Positions 25,621-37,384 of a DNA stretch of 64,000 nt are shown here, piece by piece. A model generated the notes under the pieces. That model did no database searches, had not been told where the DNA came from, and was given only the letters and a program-made list of their open reading frames with translations. The translations under genes were made by a program, and so were the position numbers. Each line of letters starts with the position of its first letter. The first letter of the stretch is position 1. Origin of the DNA: Psammoneis japonica (Eukaryota); assembly GCA_008632985.1 (NCBI GenBank), contig QPGO01000023.1, forward strand, positions 555,681 through 619,680, in the 5' to 3' direction.

Positions 25621-26789
25621 AAATTTGGAGAGCACCAGGAACAGAATGTTGAACAAGGACAGGATGGAAGAGAGCAAGGGAGAATGGCGATGGAGAAGAG
25701 TTTGAGGCACAAGAAATTCCATGAAGTGTGTTGATGAGCCTCTCACAAGGTTCTCATCAACACAATCATCTCTGTGTGTGGCTGACAAATTTGAGAAAGA
25801 TGGGTGCATCAGAACAAAGAGACTGGGCAGGAAATGGATTGTTGGCAAATGTGGTGCAAAAGGTGTCACATTCTGAAGATCGTCACTGTCTTGTTGAGAG
25901 TTGCAGAAGCTCCAGCAGGCAGTGCTCACCCCATGTGTGGCAAGGCAGAGCTCCCCTTTCCATTGGTGGTTGGCAAGAAAAAAGCCACTTGGAGATCAAT
26001 GTTTGGCTCTGCATTTGGGGCTGTGACGCCATTGTCATGTGCTTCATCAGGAGACAACAAGGATGAGGGATGCTCAGATGTGCAGACCCCAAGCAACAAC
26101 CTGCAATCATGTCAGGGGAAGGGATTTTTTGTGATGAGCACAGGTTGCAAGGCATGTGAAAGCACCACCCTGAAGGGAATGCCAGGCACCAGCTCTGGAT
26201 TTTTCCTGTGGCAATGTGCTGAGATCTGATGGCCCGTGCAGCTCAAGGGCATGCTGGACATGCTGCAAATGGTGTGTCATCTCTGGAGCTCAAGCAAGCC
26301 AACAAAGAACACACCAGCATGCTTTGTGCTTTGTGCAAGTGACAACAAAAAATCAACTGCCAATGTCATGGCATTTTCTTGTCAAAGAGCTTGAAGTCTG
26401 CTTGATCTACTTCCACTCACCTGAAATCTGCTCTGCTCGCATTTGCAAAAAAAACAAGCTCCTTGTGTCACCTTGTGCAAGAAAATCTGTTGTGGCCACA
26501 TGCACGTGTGCCAATGCGCAATGTAGAGCCTGTGAAGAGCAGGTTCATTGTCCCATGTTGTCACTGATTTTTGTGTTGTGAATTGCTGGCAACGTGACAA
26601 TTTGTTCCAATTTGAGCTTCCAAGTGGCTGGAGGGGGCAGGGGTCACAGCAACCCACAAAGAACCACACACACAGAATCCGTGCATGTTTTTGTGCTGCT
26701 GTGCAATGGATGATTCTGAGGTGTTCATGCTGCACGAGAAAGGAGGAAAAGGTCTGCTGCGTGCATGGTGTGTGAATCTTTTTTTTGTC

Positions 26790-29700
26790 ACCACAGTTCT
26801 CTCAATGTTCCCTGGGTTCCATCAAAGACCCCCAACACTGCGATCAGTCTGCAGCTGGTGTGTTGGCAGGCCATGCCAGTTTGTCCTTTCACTCTGGAGA
26901 TGGAAGAGTTTGAAGTCTCACTCTCTTTTCTGGCTGGGTGATGAAGAAACTTGGCTTCAGCCACACACAACTGCACCAGATGGGCCTTGCAGTGCTCAAC
27001 CACAGCTCTCACAGTGTTCCACAGTTTCCACCAGAGTCCACCAACATTCTCAGTCTGCAGATGATGTCTTTGTTGGTTGTGTCATTGTTTGCTTTTTTGC
27101 TCTCTGGAGTTGTGAGCCCCAGCTCTGTGATGGGCCATGCGATGGGCATTGCAGCACTCAACCACATTTCTCAAAGCACTCCCTGGGCTTCACCAGAGAC
27201 CATCATCATTGCCCTCATCTTGCAGTTGTTGTGCTGATCAATTGCACATCAGGGTGTCCTTTCCCACTGAAATGTGGGAATTTCAATTCTGGCTGTGGCA
27301 TGAACAAAACAACTGCTGTTTGCTGCTGCAAAAGATGTGTGTGCAACACTCAAGCAACCACATTTCTCAAAGTGTTTCTCTTCCCCTGGAAGAGACCTTA
27401 AAGTCTCTCAGCCTGCAGTTGTTGGGTTGTTTGGTTGCACTGGGATGTCCCATCCCATCACACTGGAGTCAGGAATTTCAGCTCACTCTTGCATCGATGA
27501 AGTGACTTGGGGTGCAATTGCAGCCAATGAGCCATGCAACTCTTGTCTGCTGTTCTCATGTTGCTCCCCAGACAACCCTGGGGACCTTTGATGGCCTCAA
27601 ACTGCACTTGTTTGTTTGGTTGGTTGCACCAGTGTGTGTCCTTTCACTCTGCAGCAGTTGGAATTTCAGGTCTCACTCTGGCATGCACTCAGTGAGTGGG
27701 GGCTGCATCTGGACCACATGTGTGTTGTTGCAACACTCTGCCACCAACCTCAATGTCTTCTTGGGTTCCATTTGAGATCTTCAATGCTCTGAGTTTGCAG
27801 TTGTTTCATTGGTTTGTTGCACAAGGGTGTGCTTTCACTCTGGAGTCAGGAGTTTCAGCTCTCAATCTGGCACATGGATGAAGTGACAGGTGGCTGCAAC
27901 TGCACCAGATGAGCCTTCTTGCAACAATCCATCACCATTCTCAAAGCATTCCCTGGGTTCCTCTAAAGACCTTCAATGCCCTCAGCATGCAGTTGCTGGG
28001 TTGGTTGTTTGCATCAGGGTGTTCTTTCTCTGAGGAGTCAAAAGTTTTTCTGCTCAAACTCTGGCATTCAGCCAGTCAGTGCCTGGTGGTTGCAACTGGT
28101 CCAGATGGGCCTTGAAACACTCCACCGCTGTTCTCAAAATGTTCCCTGGGTTCTGTTTGACACATTCAATGCCCTCAAAATGCAGTTGTTGGCTTGGTTG
28201 TTTGCACCAGGGTGTTCTTTCACTGTGGATTTGGGAGTTTCTGCTCTCACCATGTCATGGATTAAGTGACTGCTGGCTGCAACTGCACCAGATCATGGGC
28301 CTTGCTGCAACACTCCACCACTGTTCTCAAAGTGTTCCCTGGGTTCCTTTGAAGACCTTCAATGCCCTCAGCATGCAGTTGTTGGGTTGGTTGTTTGCAT
28401 CAGGGTGTCCTTTCTCTGAGGAGTCAGGAGTTTTTCTGTTCTCACTCTGGCATGCATTGAGTGTCTGGTGGCTGCAACTGCACCAGATGGGCCTTGCAAC
28501 ACTCCACCACCATTTTCAAAGTGTTCCCTGGGTTCCTCTGAAGAACTCAAATGCCCTCACCATGCAATTGTTGGGTTGGTTGTTTGCATCTGGGTGTTCT
28601 TTCACTGTGGATTTAGAAGCTGCTGCTTCTGCTCTTGCCATGTCATGGACCAAGTGATTGGGGGCTGCACCTGCACCAGATGAGCCCTTCAACACTCCAC
28701 CATGGAGGATCTCAAAGTGTTCCCTGGGTTCCAACAGATGTCTTCAATGTCACAAGCATGCAGTTGTTGGGTGGGTTGATTTCATGAGGATGTTCTTTCT
28801 CTGAGAAGCCAGCAGGGGGTTTTCTGCTCTCACTGTGGCATGCACTCAGTGACTGGTGGCTGCAAATGCACCAGATGGACCTTGCAACCTTCCACCGCTG
28901 TTCCCAAAGCATTCTCTGGGTTCCTCTGAAGACCTTCAATGCTCTCTGCAAGCAGTTGTTGGGTTGGTTGTTTGCATCAGGGTGCTCTTTTTCTGAGGAG
29001 TCAGGAGTTTTTCTGCTCAAACTCTGGCATGCGGTCAGTGCCGGGTGGCTGCAAATGCACCAGATGGGCCTTGCAACACTCCACCACTGTTCTCAAAGTG
29101 TTCCCTGGGTTCCTCAGAAGCCCTTCAATGTCCTCAGCATGCAGTTGTTGGGTTGGTTGTTTGCATCTGGGTGTTCTTTCACTGTGGATGGAGGAGTTTC
29201 TGCTCTCGCCATGTCATGGATCAAGTGCTTCGGGGCTGCACCTGCACCAGATGAGCCCTTCAACACTCTGCCACTGTTCTCAAAGCATCCCCTGGGTTTC
29301 ATCAGAGACCTTCAATGCCGTGAGCATGCAGTTGTTTGGTGGGTTGGTTTCATGAGGATGTTCTTTCTCTGAGAAGTCAGGAGTTTTTTCTGCTCTCACC
29401 ATGTCATGGATTGAGTGACTGGTGGCTGCAACTGCACCAGATGGGCCTTGCAACACTCCACCACTGTTCTCAAAGTGTTTCCTGGGTTCCTCTAAAAACC
29501 TTCAATGCCCTCAGCATGCAGTTGTTTGCTTGCTTCTTGTTTGCATCAGGGTGTTCTTTCACTGTGGATTTTGGAGTTTCAGCTCTCACCATGTCATGGA
29601 TTGAGTGACTGGTGGCTGCAACTGCACCAGATGGGCCTTGCAACACTCCACCACCATTCTCAAAGCATTCCCTGGGTTCCTCTGAAGCACTTGCTTCAAT

Positions 29701-30790
29701 GCCATCAGCGTGCAATTGTTGGGTTGGTTCTTGGTTGCATCTGGGTGTTCTTTCATTGTGGATTTGGGAGTGTCTGCTCTCACCATGTCAAGGATTGAGT
29801 GACTGGGGGCTGCACCTGCACCAGATGAGCCCTTCAACACTCCACCACTGTTCTCAAAGTGTTCCCCAGGTTCCACTGGAGACTTTCAATGCCATGAGCC
29901 TGCAGTCACTGGGTGGGTGGGTTTCATGATGATGATCTTTCTTTGAGAAGTCAGGAGTTTTTTTGCTCTCACCGTGTCATGGGTCAAGTGACTGGTGGCT
30001 GCAAATGCCCAGATGTGTCTTGCAACACTCCACCACTGTTCTCAAAGTGTTCCCTGGGTTCCTCTGCAGACCTTCCATTCCCTCAGCATGCAGTTCTTGG
30101 GTTGGTTGTTTGCATCAGGGGGTTCTTTCACTGTGGATTTAGGAGTTTCTGCTCTCACCATGCCGTGGATTAAGTGACTGCTGGCTGCAACTGCACCAGA
30201 TGGGCCTTGCTGCAACACTCCACCACTGTTCTCAAAGTGTTCCCTGGATTTCTCTGAAGACCTTCAATGCCCTCAGCATGCAGTCATTGGGTTGGTTGTT
30301 TGCATCAGGGTGTTCTTTCTGTGAGGAGTCAAGAGTTTTTCTGCTCAAACTGCAGCATGCATTGAGTGCCTGGTGGCTGCAACTGCACCAGATGGGCCTT
30401 GCAACACTCCGCCACCCTTCTCAAAGTGTTCTCTGGGTGCCTCCAAAGAACTTCAGTGCTCTCAGCATGCAGTTGTTGGGATGGTTGGCTTGGTTGCATC
30501 AGGGTGTTCTTTCACTGTGGAGCGGGGGGTTTCAGCTCTCTCACTGTGGCATGGATCAAGTGACTGGGGGGTGCAAGTGCACGAGATGAGCCCTTCAACA
30601 CCCACCCCAAATTCTCAAAATGTTTGTTGGGTTCCATGTGAGACCTTCAATGCCCTCAGCCTGCAGTTGTTGGGCTGGTTGGTTGCATCAGGATGCTCTT
30701 TCACTTGTGGCTTTGTCTGGTGCAGCTGCACTGGGCAAGTCTTGCATCTCTCAATCACTGTTCTCAAGTGTTCTCTGGCTTCCTCATGGG
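26790..30790 (+). repeat. ~190-bp satellite-like tandem array, ~20 units, with higher-order variants
   Basis: CCTGGGTTCC...CTTCAATGCCCTCAGCATGCAGTTG recurs near 27951, 28144, 28337, 28526, 28722, 28914, 29103, 29290, 29481, 29670, 29864, 30053, 30242, 30431 and 30627; more degenerate copies extend back to 26811. Confidence 0.95.
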
Positions 30791-33399
30791 ATCAATGCTT
30801 TCAGAGAGAACTTTGGTGACAAACAGCCAAAGATGCTTGTGCTTTTTCTGTTTTTCTCCTGTGGCACAAACACATGAGATCATGCCATGCACACCAGTGC
30901 AGAAACCAGCGCAGATTCTGTGTGTTGATTTTGTTGGGTCGTTGTGACTGGTGATGTGTCACTTGGCTTCTTTTGTTTTCCCTGCTGAGGGAGTCATCTA
31001 AAAAAGACAATGGACAAGAAAGCCGCAACACAGCTCATGGACAAACAGTGCTGCAACGATGGAGTGTGAGATCCCAAGATCCACACTTTTGTTCAATTCC
31101 AACATTCATCTGCCGCAGTCCTCTGGAGCAAATGACGCAACATGCAATGCACTGCAGCGCACTGCACATGAGCACCAGTGGGTGCAGTGGAGAGAGAGAA
31201 TGCTGCACACAGCATGGCCGTTGGTTTGTTGCAACATGCTTCTGGCCATTGTTTTGCTTGGTTGATTGTTGTGTTGGTGAGGTGCTTCACTCAGTTCTTG
31301 AAGTGCACATGAATCCTCATGGAGCAAAGCACAGACTGTGCTGAGATTGCCTGCAGAAGAAATCTGCCAGAGATGAGGGAAAAAATCTGCTTGATTTTTT
31401 TTGTAAAATGGCCAAAATCTGCTTTGCTCGCCAGCTCTGATGTCGGTTTTTGAGTTTTTGGTGACACTTGCTTTGTGGCAAAATCTTGTCAAGGGCAAGA
31501 TTGTCAAAGTCTTGCAACAGCACACTTTTGTGTGATGTTTGCAGAAGGGCAGTGCACAGGCAATGGCTCAGCACACAGATCTTGAAGCATGCAAGCCTCT
31601 GATTTATTCTGGGGATGATGTCAGCACGTGAAGGAAGGTGAGGGCAGTGCTGCTGCTGAACAGACTGCAGCACCCGGCCCATTGCAGGTGGCTGACTCTG
31701 GAAAATGTGGTTGCTCTCACTCAGAATTGAAATTTGTTCAGCAAAATGCCTGTGTTTTCATCAAGCACTCCTTCATTGTGAACAAACTGATTTTGACTGT
31801 TGGCTGAATTGGCACAGCAGGAAACCAAACTTGAGGAAATTTGGTCTCACACAGTGCATGGTGGGCTCTTGACTGGATTTGTTTGAAACTTGCACTTGAC
31901 CACAGCACAACAATTGCAAATGTTGGAGTGTCAGTTGGCAACCAAACTGGCAAAATGGGAAACAACAATGAATGAAACATGGCTCCTTTCTGTGCACACA
32001 CGGCACACCCAAGTTGATCTCATCAATTTTTGTTGTTCATTGGCTGGAGTGCACTGACAACTTGAATTGCTCATTTGCCAACTGGTGTGCATTTTGCAGT
32101 TTTGGTTTCCAACAATGTTTCATTTCCATCCTGGCAATGTTTGACATGTTTGGTGCATGCTCTCATTTTCCCCATGCTGCCACTCCATTGCCTTTGCTCC
32201 CTCTCTGTTCTAAGAGCCACCGCTTCACTCCATTGTCTGTCTCATTGTCTCTCACATCTTGGTGTTCTTGCAGAGCTGGCTTTTGTGACAGCTTTTCATT
32301 GTGAGACACAACAGCAATCCCTGGCAAAAGAAGGCAGAGAAGTCATCAGTTTGGCATGATGTTGCCTTTGGCAAGTGTCACAAGAGTGCTGATTTTCTGC
32401 CTGCCTGTGTGCAACATTGCAGTGCTTTGTTTCTTGTCCTTGGCTGTTTTTGTCAATTTGGTGTCTGAGTTTCAAGAAACAAAGAAAGTGCAAAATGCAA
32501 GCATTGGCTTGTTTTGTTTGCTGTGGGCTGTCTCCTCCCACATCACACTTCTGACCTTTTGCCTTTAAAGTGGCTTTTCTTTGTGTTGGCATGTGCAGAC
32601 TTTTGGTTTTTGTTGGTGCCTTCCTGCAATGCCGTTGTTGTTTGTGTGCTGCTTGGGCTCATTCTGTGTTTTTATGTTGTTTTGTGTGGTGCTGGCAATG
32701 TGCCTTTTTGCCATGGAGCCAAGCCAGCAGTCCCAGCAAACATTGCCTGTGACATTTTGCAAGTGGTCATTCTTAAAAAAAATGGCCTTTTGTCGCACTT
32801 GTTTTAAAAGTTTTAAGTTGTGTTTGAATCAACTCAAATGAGTCTTCACATCGGTTTTTTCATGTGAGCTCTCTCATTTGGCAGCTGGATGTTGAGCAAA
32901 TGTTTCAATCAGATGTGGCCGCACATCTGTTTTTGAAAAAGATTGAAGTCCAAGTTTTCATGATCTCTCAACCAGCTCTTGTCAAGAATGAAATTTTTGC
33001 ATCTTTCTTGCTGCTTGTGCTGGTCCATTCAGCTTGTTTGTTTGTTTGTTTGTTTGTTTGTGAGCTGCTGCTGCAGCTCTGATCTTTGCAGCTGACCCAC
33101 ATGTGCACAACAACCTTGTTGCTGTTGCGCTCTCATTGTGGTTGAAGAAACTTGCAGCCAGGCAGGAGGTCAGAAGAGGTCATGGAGTTGGTCATGCAGG
33201 TGGCCACAGATGGGAGCTGGTTGAGCAAGAAGCCAACCAGGTCAGCCCCACCACGGCACCAAACACACGCCCAAAAGCTGCAAAGAGCCAGAGCAGCAGC
33301 CCCCCCCAGAGACATGGGGGCATGATGCTGCAGCTGCAGCACCTCCAGCCAACATTCCTGCTCCCCAACAAGCAGCCACCCCCATGCCAATGTGGTCAT

Positions 33400-34920
33400 G
33401 TGCTGTTGTGGCCCCATGTCACCTTGTCACCAGCAGGTTGGTGCAGGCTTGAGCTTCCCAACTTCAAAGTGAAGTGACCACATTGAGCAGAGCAAGGATG
33501 GCATTGCTTTTGTGCAGTTGTGGCACCCCATCATGCCCTCCCAGCCAAAAGTGCATGCTTCAATTTTCAAACTCCAAACTCCAGCAGAATGAAAGGGCCA
33601 CTTGATCATGGGTGGTGCTGCTGGCCAACCTGACAACAGCAAGTTGAGGGCATTGGCATTCTCTTGTGGAGACCCCAGGTGACACTGCAAAAAAGCTGCA
33701 GTTGAGCAGTGCAAGGTGTGCACTGCATTGTGGTTGTTGCCCAATGTCACCTTGTGCCAACAGGAGGAGCAGAAATGAGCTTCACAGCTCTGCAGTGTGT
33801 GAAAGGAACATCTTGTGGTGCCAACCAACCCAACAGTTGCAAGCTGAGGACACTGACAGCATCTGGTGGTTCCCAGGCAACACTTCAAGAACTGTGGTTG
33901 TTCCTTGGGCATTGCAAGGTTGATCTTGTTGTTTGCTGTCACCCAATGTCATGCTGTCTCCAAACAGCAGCAGACTTGCATTTCAAACTCTCTAGAGTGA
34001 AATGACCCATTGTGATGGCACCAACCCCAGCCCCAACAGCAGCAGACTTGACTTTCATCCTGACTCCAGTGTGAAAGGACCCCATGACAGCACTGACAAG
34101 CCCAACAACAGCAAGCAAAGGAAACTGACAGTGTCTGGTGGACCCCCCACAGGAGAGACTTTGGAAACTGTGGCTGAGCATTGCAAGGTTGATCTTGTGT
34201 TGTTGTGGCCCTGCATCACCTTTTCCCAAATGGCAACAGACTGTGGACTGGCTCATTCAACGGCTTGATTGATGAGTGGCAATGGGTGAGCAAAGCTTCA
34301 AAAAGCAGGTGCACTGGGAGTGCCAGAGACGTGGAGTTGTCATGCAGTGGGGGGGGGGGGGGGGAGAGCAAAATGTCTTGAACAGAATGGAGAAATTTGT
34401 GGTGGCATTTTTGAAACAACAAGCCTCCTCTCTTTGTTGGAAGCAATGAAGAGCTGCTGTGGACAGGCAAGCCATCCTCCATTTCATCCTGATCTAAAGT
34501 TCAAGCAAGAGCAGATCTCATGGGACGATTGGCTGCTGGGATGATGTGAGTCAGGAATGTGAGGTTGAGCTTTGTTGATTGCACACCACACAATTTTTTT
34601 ATGGACTGTCAGCCTTGCCAAGCTTTCCTGACATGAGTTGTCAAGTGAGGCTTCATGGCCAATCTCGTTGATGACACAGTTGTTGCAATGTGGTGGCGCC
34701 AATCATCCATGCCAACCTTTGCACAAAGTCTCAACATCAAGCAAGTTTTCTGTTGCCAAAGCCTTTGTTGTGCAACTGCCACTTGTGCAGTCTGGGTCCT
34801 GGAGTCAGGTGCATGGAGAAATGGGTGCTGGGCACTTCAACAAGCATGGCATCCAAACAACCCTGCAATCTTCTGCAAGAGACAACAAGGAAGAGCTGCA
34901 CAGACAGTGAACACAATTTG
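33400..34920 (-). repeat. Second minus-orientation array plus second copy of the 24735-25620 segment
   Basis: Same unit motifs (CAACAGTTGCAAGCTGAGGACACTG, GCATTGCAAGGTTGATCTTG) followed by the duplicated unique segment. Confidence 0.75.
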
Positions 34921-37384
34921 GCATCAACTGCGGCAGAAATCTGATGCCACAGGCAAAAACATGTGAGCACAGATTGCAAAGAAAAACACAAAATTGAACT
35001 GTGCAGACATGTGGTCCCCAATGACTTGGCACCCCAAAAAGTGTTTGTGGCATGTTCATTGTCAATCAACAGCTCCAAATTTTTGGCTCTGAATGAAGTG
35101 CAGATTGACCCACACTGTGACCTGGGTTGACGTTGGAACACATCAAATTGTGATTTGATGACAAGGGCCAATTGGTTGATGAGCATTTTTTGTGGCAACA
35201 GGAAGCACCAATGATGAAACTGATTGAATGATCAGACATGGACATTGCATCAACTGCTTGACATTTTGTGAGCTGGGCTCTGGAGTGCAAATTGACACAG
35301 GACAGAAGAAGAAAAGGGCTTGAGTTTGCAGCTGTGTTGTGTCTGTCAAAAGAGGGGTTGGTTTGGTGAGTTTGAATGGAGAGTCTTTTCATTGTCATGT
35401 CAGACATGTGATGAGGACACAGTGGCTTGCAACAGGGGCACACCATTGTCCAGAGACAAATGCAGCAGAAATGCAAAAAAAAAACATGCTGTGGGCAATT
35501 CATCAAGCTGAAGCTCTTTCAAACAAATGAGTTGACTCTGAATGAGATGATGTGCTGCAAAACAAACAACAACACAAAACCTTAAAAAAATTGGATGTTG
35601 ACCCAAATGGCAGCTTTTGTGCAATGCCAGATTTGTGAGACTGAAAATGAGTCAGTTTCAAAACATTGTTCAGAGCTGCAACTTGCAGTGCACCTTGGTT
35701 GATCTTTCAAAAATTGCAACACCTGCAGAGAGTGCAGTCACAGGTGCAAAAGTTTTATTTCTCTTGTCAATTGATCATCTCATCAAGAGTGAAAACATGT
35801 CACAGACTTTGCTCTGGTTGGCAAAATGCCCTGCAATCAGGGTCTTTTGCCAGATCAAAAAAATTGGGTGCCAGTTGGAGTGAGCAAATGTGATGGATGA
35901 AGGAAAATGCCCATGATGGGGTCCAGGCAGGTGTTCTTGCCAAGCAAAAAAGACGCATGAAATTGGGGAAGTGGCATCATCTGACTTTCTGTGCACTTCT
36001 CTGCATGACAACCTTGACATCATGTGATGCCATGGGGGGCCACCACAAAGTGTGGTGAGCTGTGCTCTCTGTTCTCCAGCAAATTCTTTTGTTGATGCCT
36101 GGAAATCCCATGTCTTTTTTTGCCAAGTTGGCAACAAGCATGACATTCAATGACTTTGATCTAGTTGGCAGGATCATGAAAATTAGGCCACTGAGAGGAC
36201 AGTCAAAATTGACACAGTGCGGTGCCCACACATGTCTGTTTTAAAGCCTTGCTCAACCTCTCACAATGGAGGCACAGAGAGAGCAGAAGAGACAGCAGGT
36301 TCAAGTTGGTTTGTGTGTCAGGTTGAGGAGCTGTCCATGTTGACCTCATCAGCTCACAGGCAGCTCAAGTCAATGGCACATGACATGTGACAAGTGTTTT
36401 GTGGCTCATCTCTGCCAAATTCTTGGGCCCATGCTTTCTCAACTCTTTGTGCTTTCTTCTCTCCTGAGTGGTCTCACTGTCATTGCTGCCAAGAAGCCAG
36501 GGAGCAGTGCTGTCATCTCCCTGGCCATGCACCCAGCAGCACAGCTCTTGTTGACAAAAGGAAAGAGCTCTCACACAGCCAAGAGACCCCCACATCGACA
36601 CTTCTTTCTGGATGAGAAAGAGTGGCTTCATCATCTGGTGGGGTGACTCCTTTTTTGTGGGGTGCACCAGTGCTCAGTTCCAAAACAAGGGGGGAGCACT
36701 TTGCATGTGATGGGAACATCTTGCTCCGACTTCACGGTGTCAGCCATGCACCTCTCTGCAGCCTGACATTGCTCTGCTGCAAAGAGGTCATGAAATTTCA
36801 TGATGTGCAGCTTTGCCAGCATTTTTTCACAAGTGCACCGCTGGTGCCTGGTGCTTTGCAGAATTCCCCCCCCCCCCCCCCACTTGTGCTGTTCCCAGCA
36901 TGCTTGTCCAGCATTTCCTGAGAGACAAGCCTCCTCGTGCCATGCAAGCTGTCAGTTTGTTGTTGCGACAAGCTTCTTTTTTCCAAAATGTCCCTGCATC
37001 AGGGATGAGGAGGGGGGGACATCGGCCGGTGAGCAACATCCACTGACAACAGTTTTTGTTCTGCATGGGAGCACTTCTTTGAGTTTCTTGAAAAACTGAA
37101 GCTTTGGATCTGCCCACGTTTCATCGCCATTCTTTTCTTGTTTCTCACAGCATTCTTGGTTGTCAGCCATTTCTTGGAAGTGTTGTGCACAGGCACCTCT
37201 TTGCCACAGGAGTTGGAGCAATGGATCTGGGCAGGCAACAATGACACAGAAGCCTGTGCCCCACCTTTTGCACAGTTTGAATGGACAGACGAGCAAGAGA
37301 TCGAGTTTTTTAAATGAACCCTCTCTCTAGAGAGCAGACTGCTGTAGATTGTCGGCGCTGCCAGGAACTTCTTGTGTCTGTATA

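Noticed and set aside
26790..30790. Possible CRISPR array or repeat-protein gene
   Set aside because: Whole units are homologous with no unique spacers, there are no cas genes, the context is eukaryotic, and frames break between units.
23330..37290. Dense overlapping Cys/His/Gln/Trp-rich ORFs in all six frames
   Set aside because: Loss of TA removes TAA/TAG stops and enriches TG/CA codons; no protein family is recognisable.
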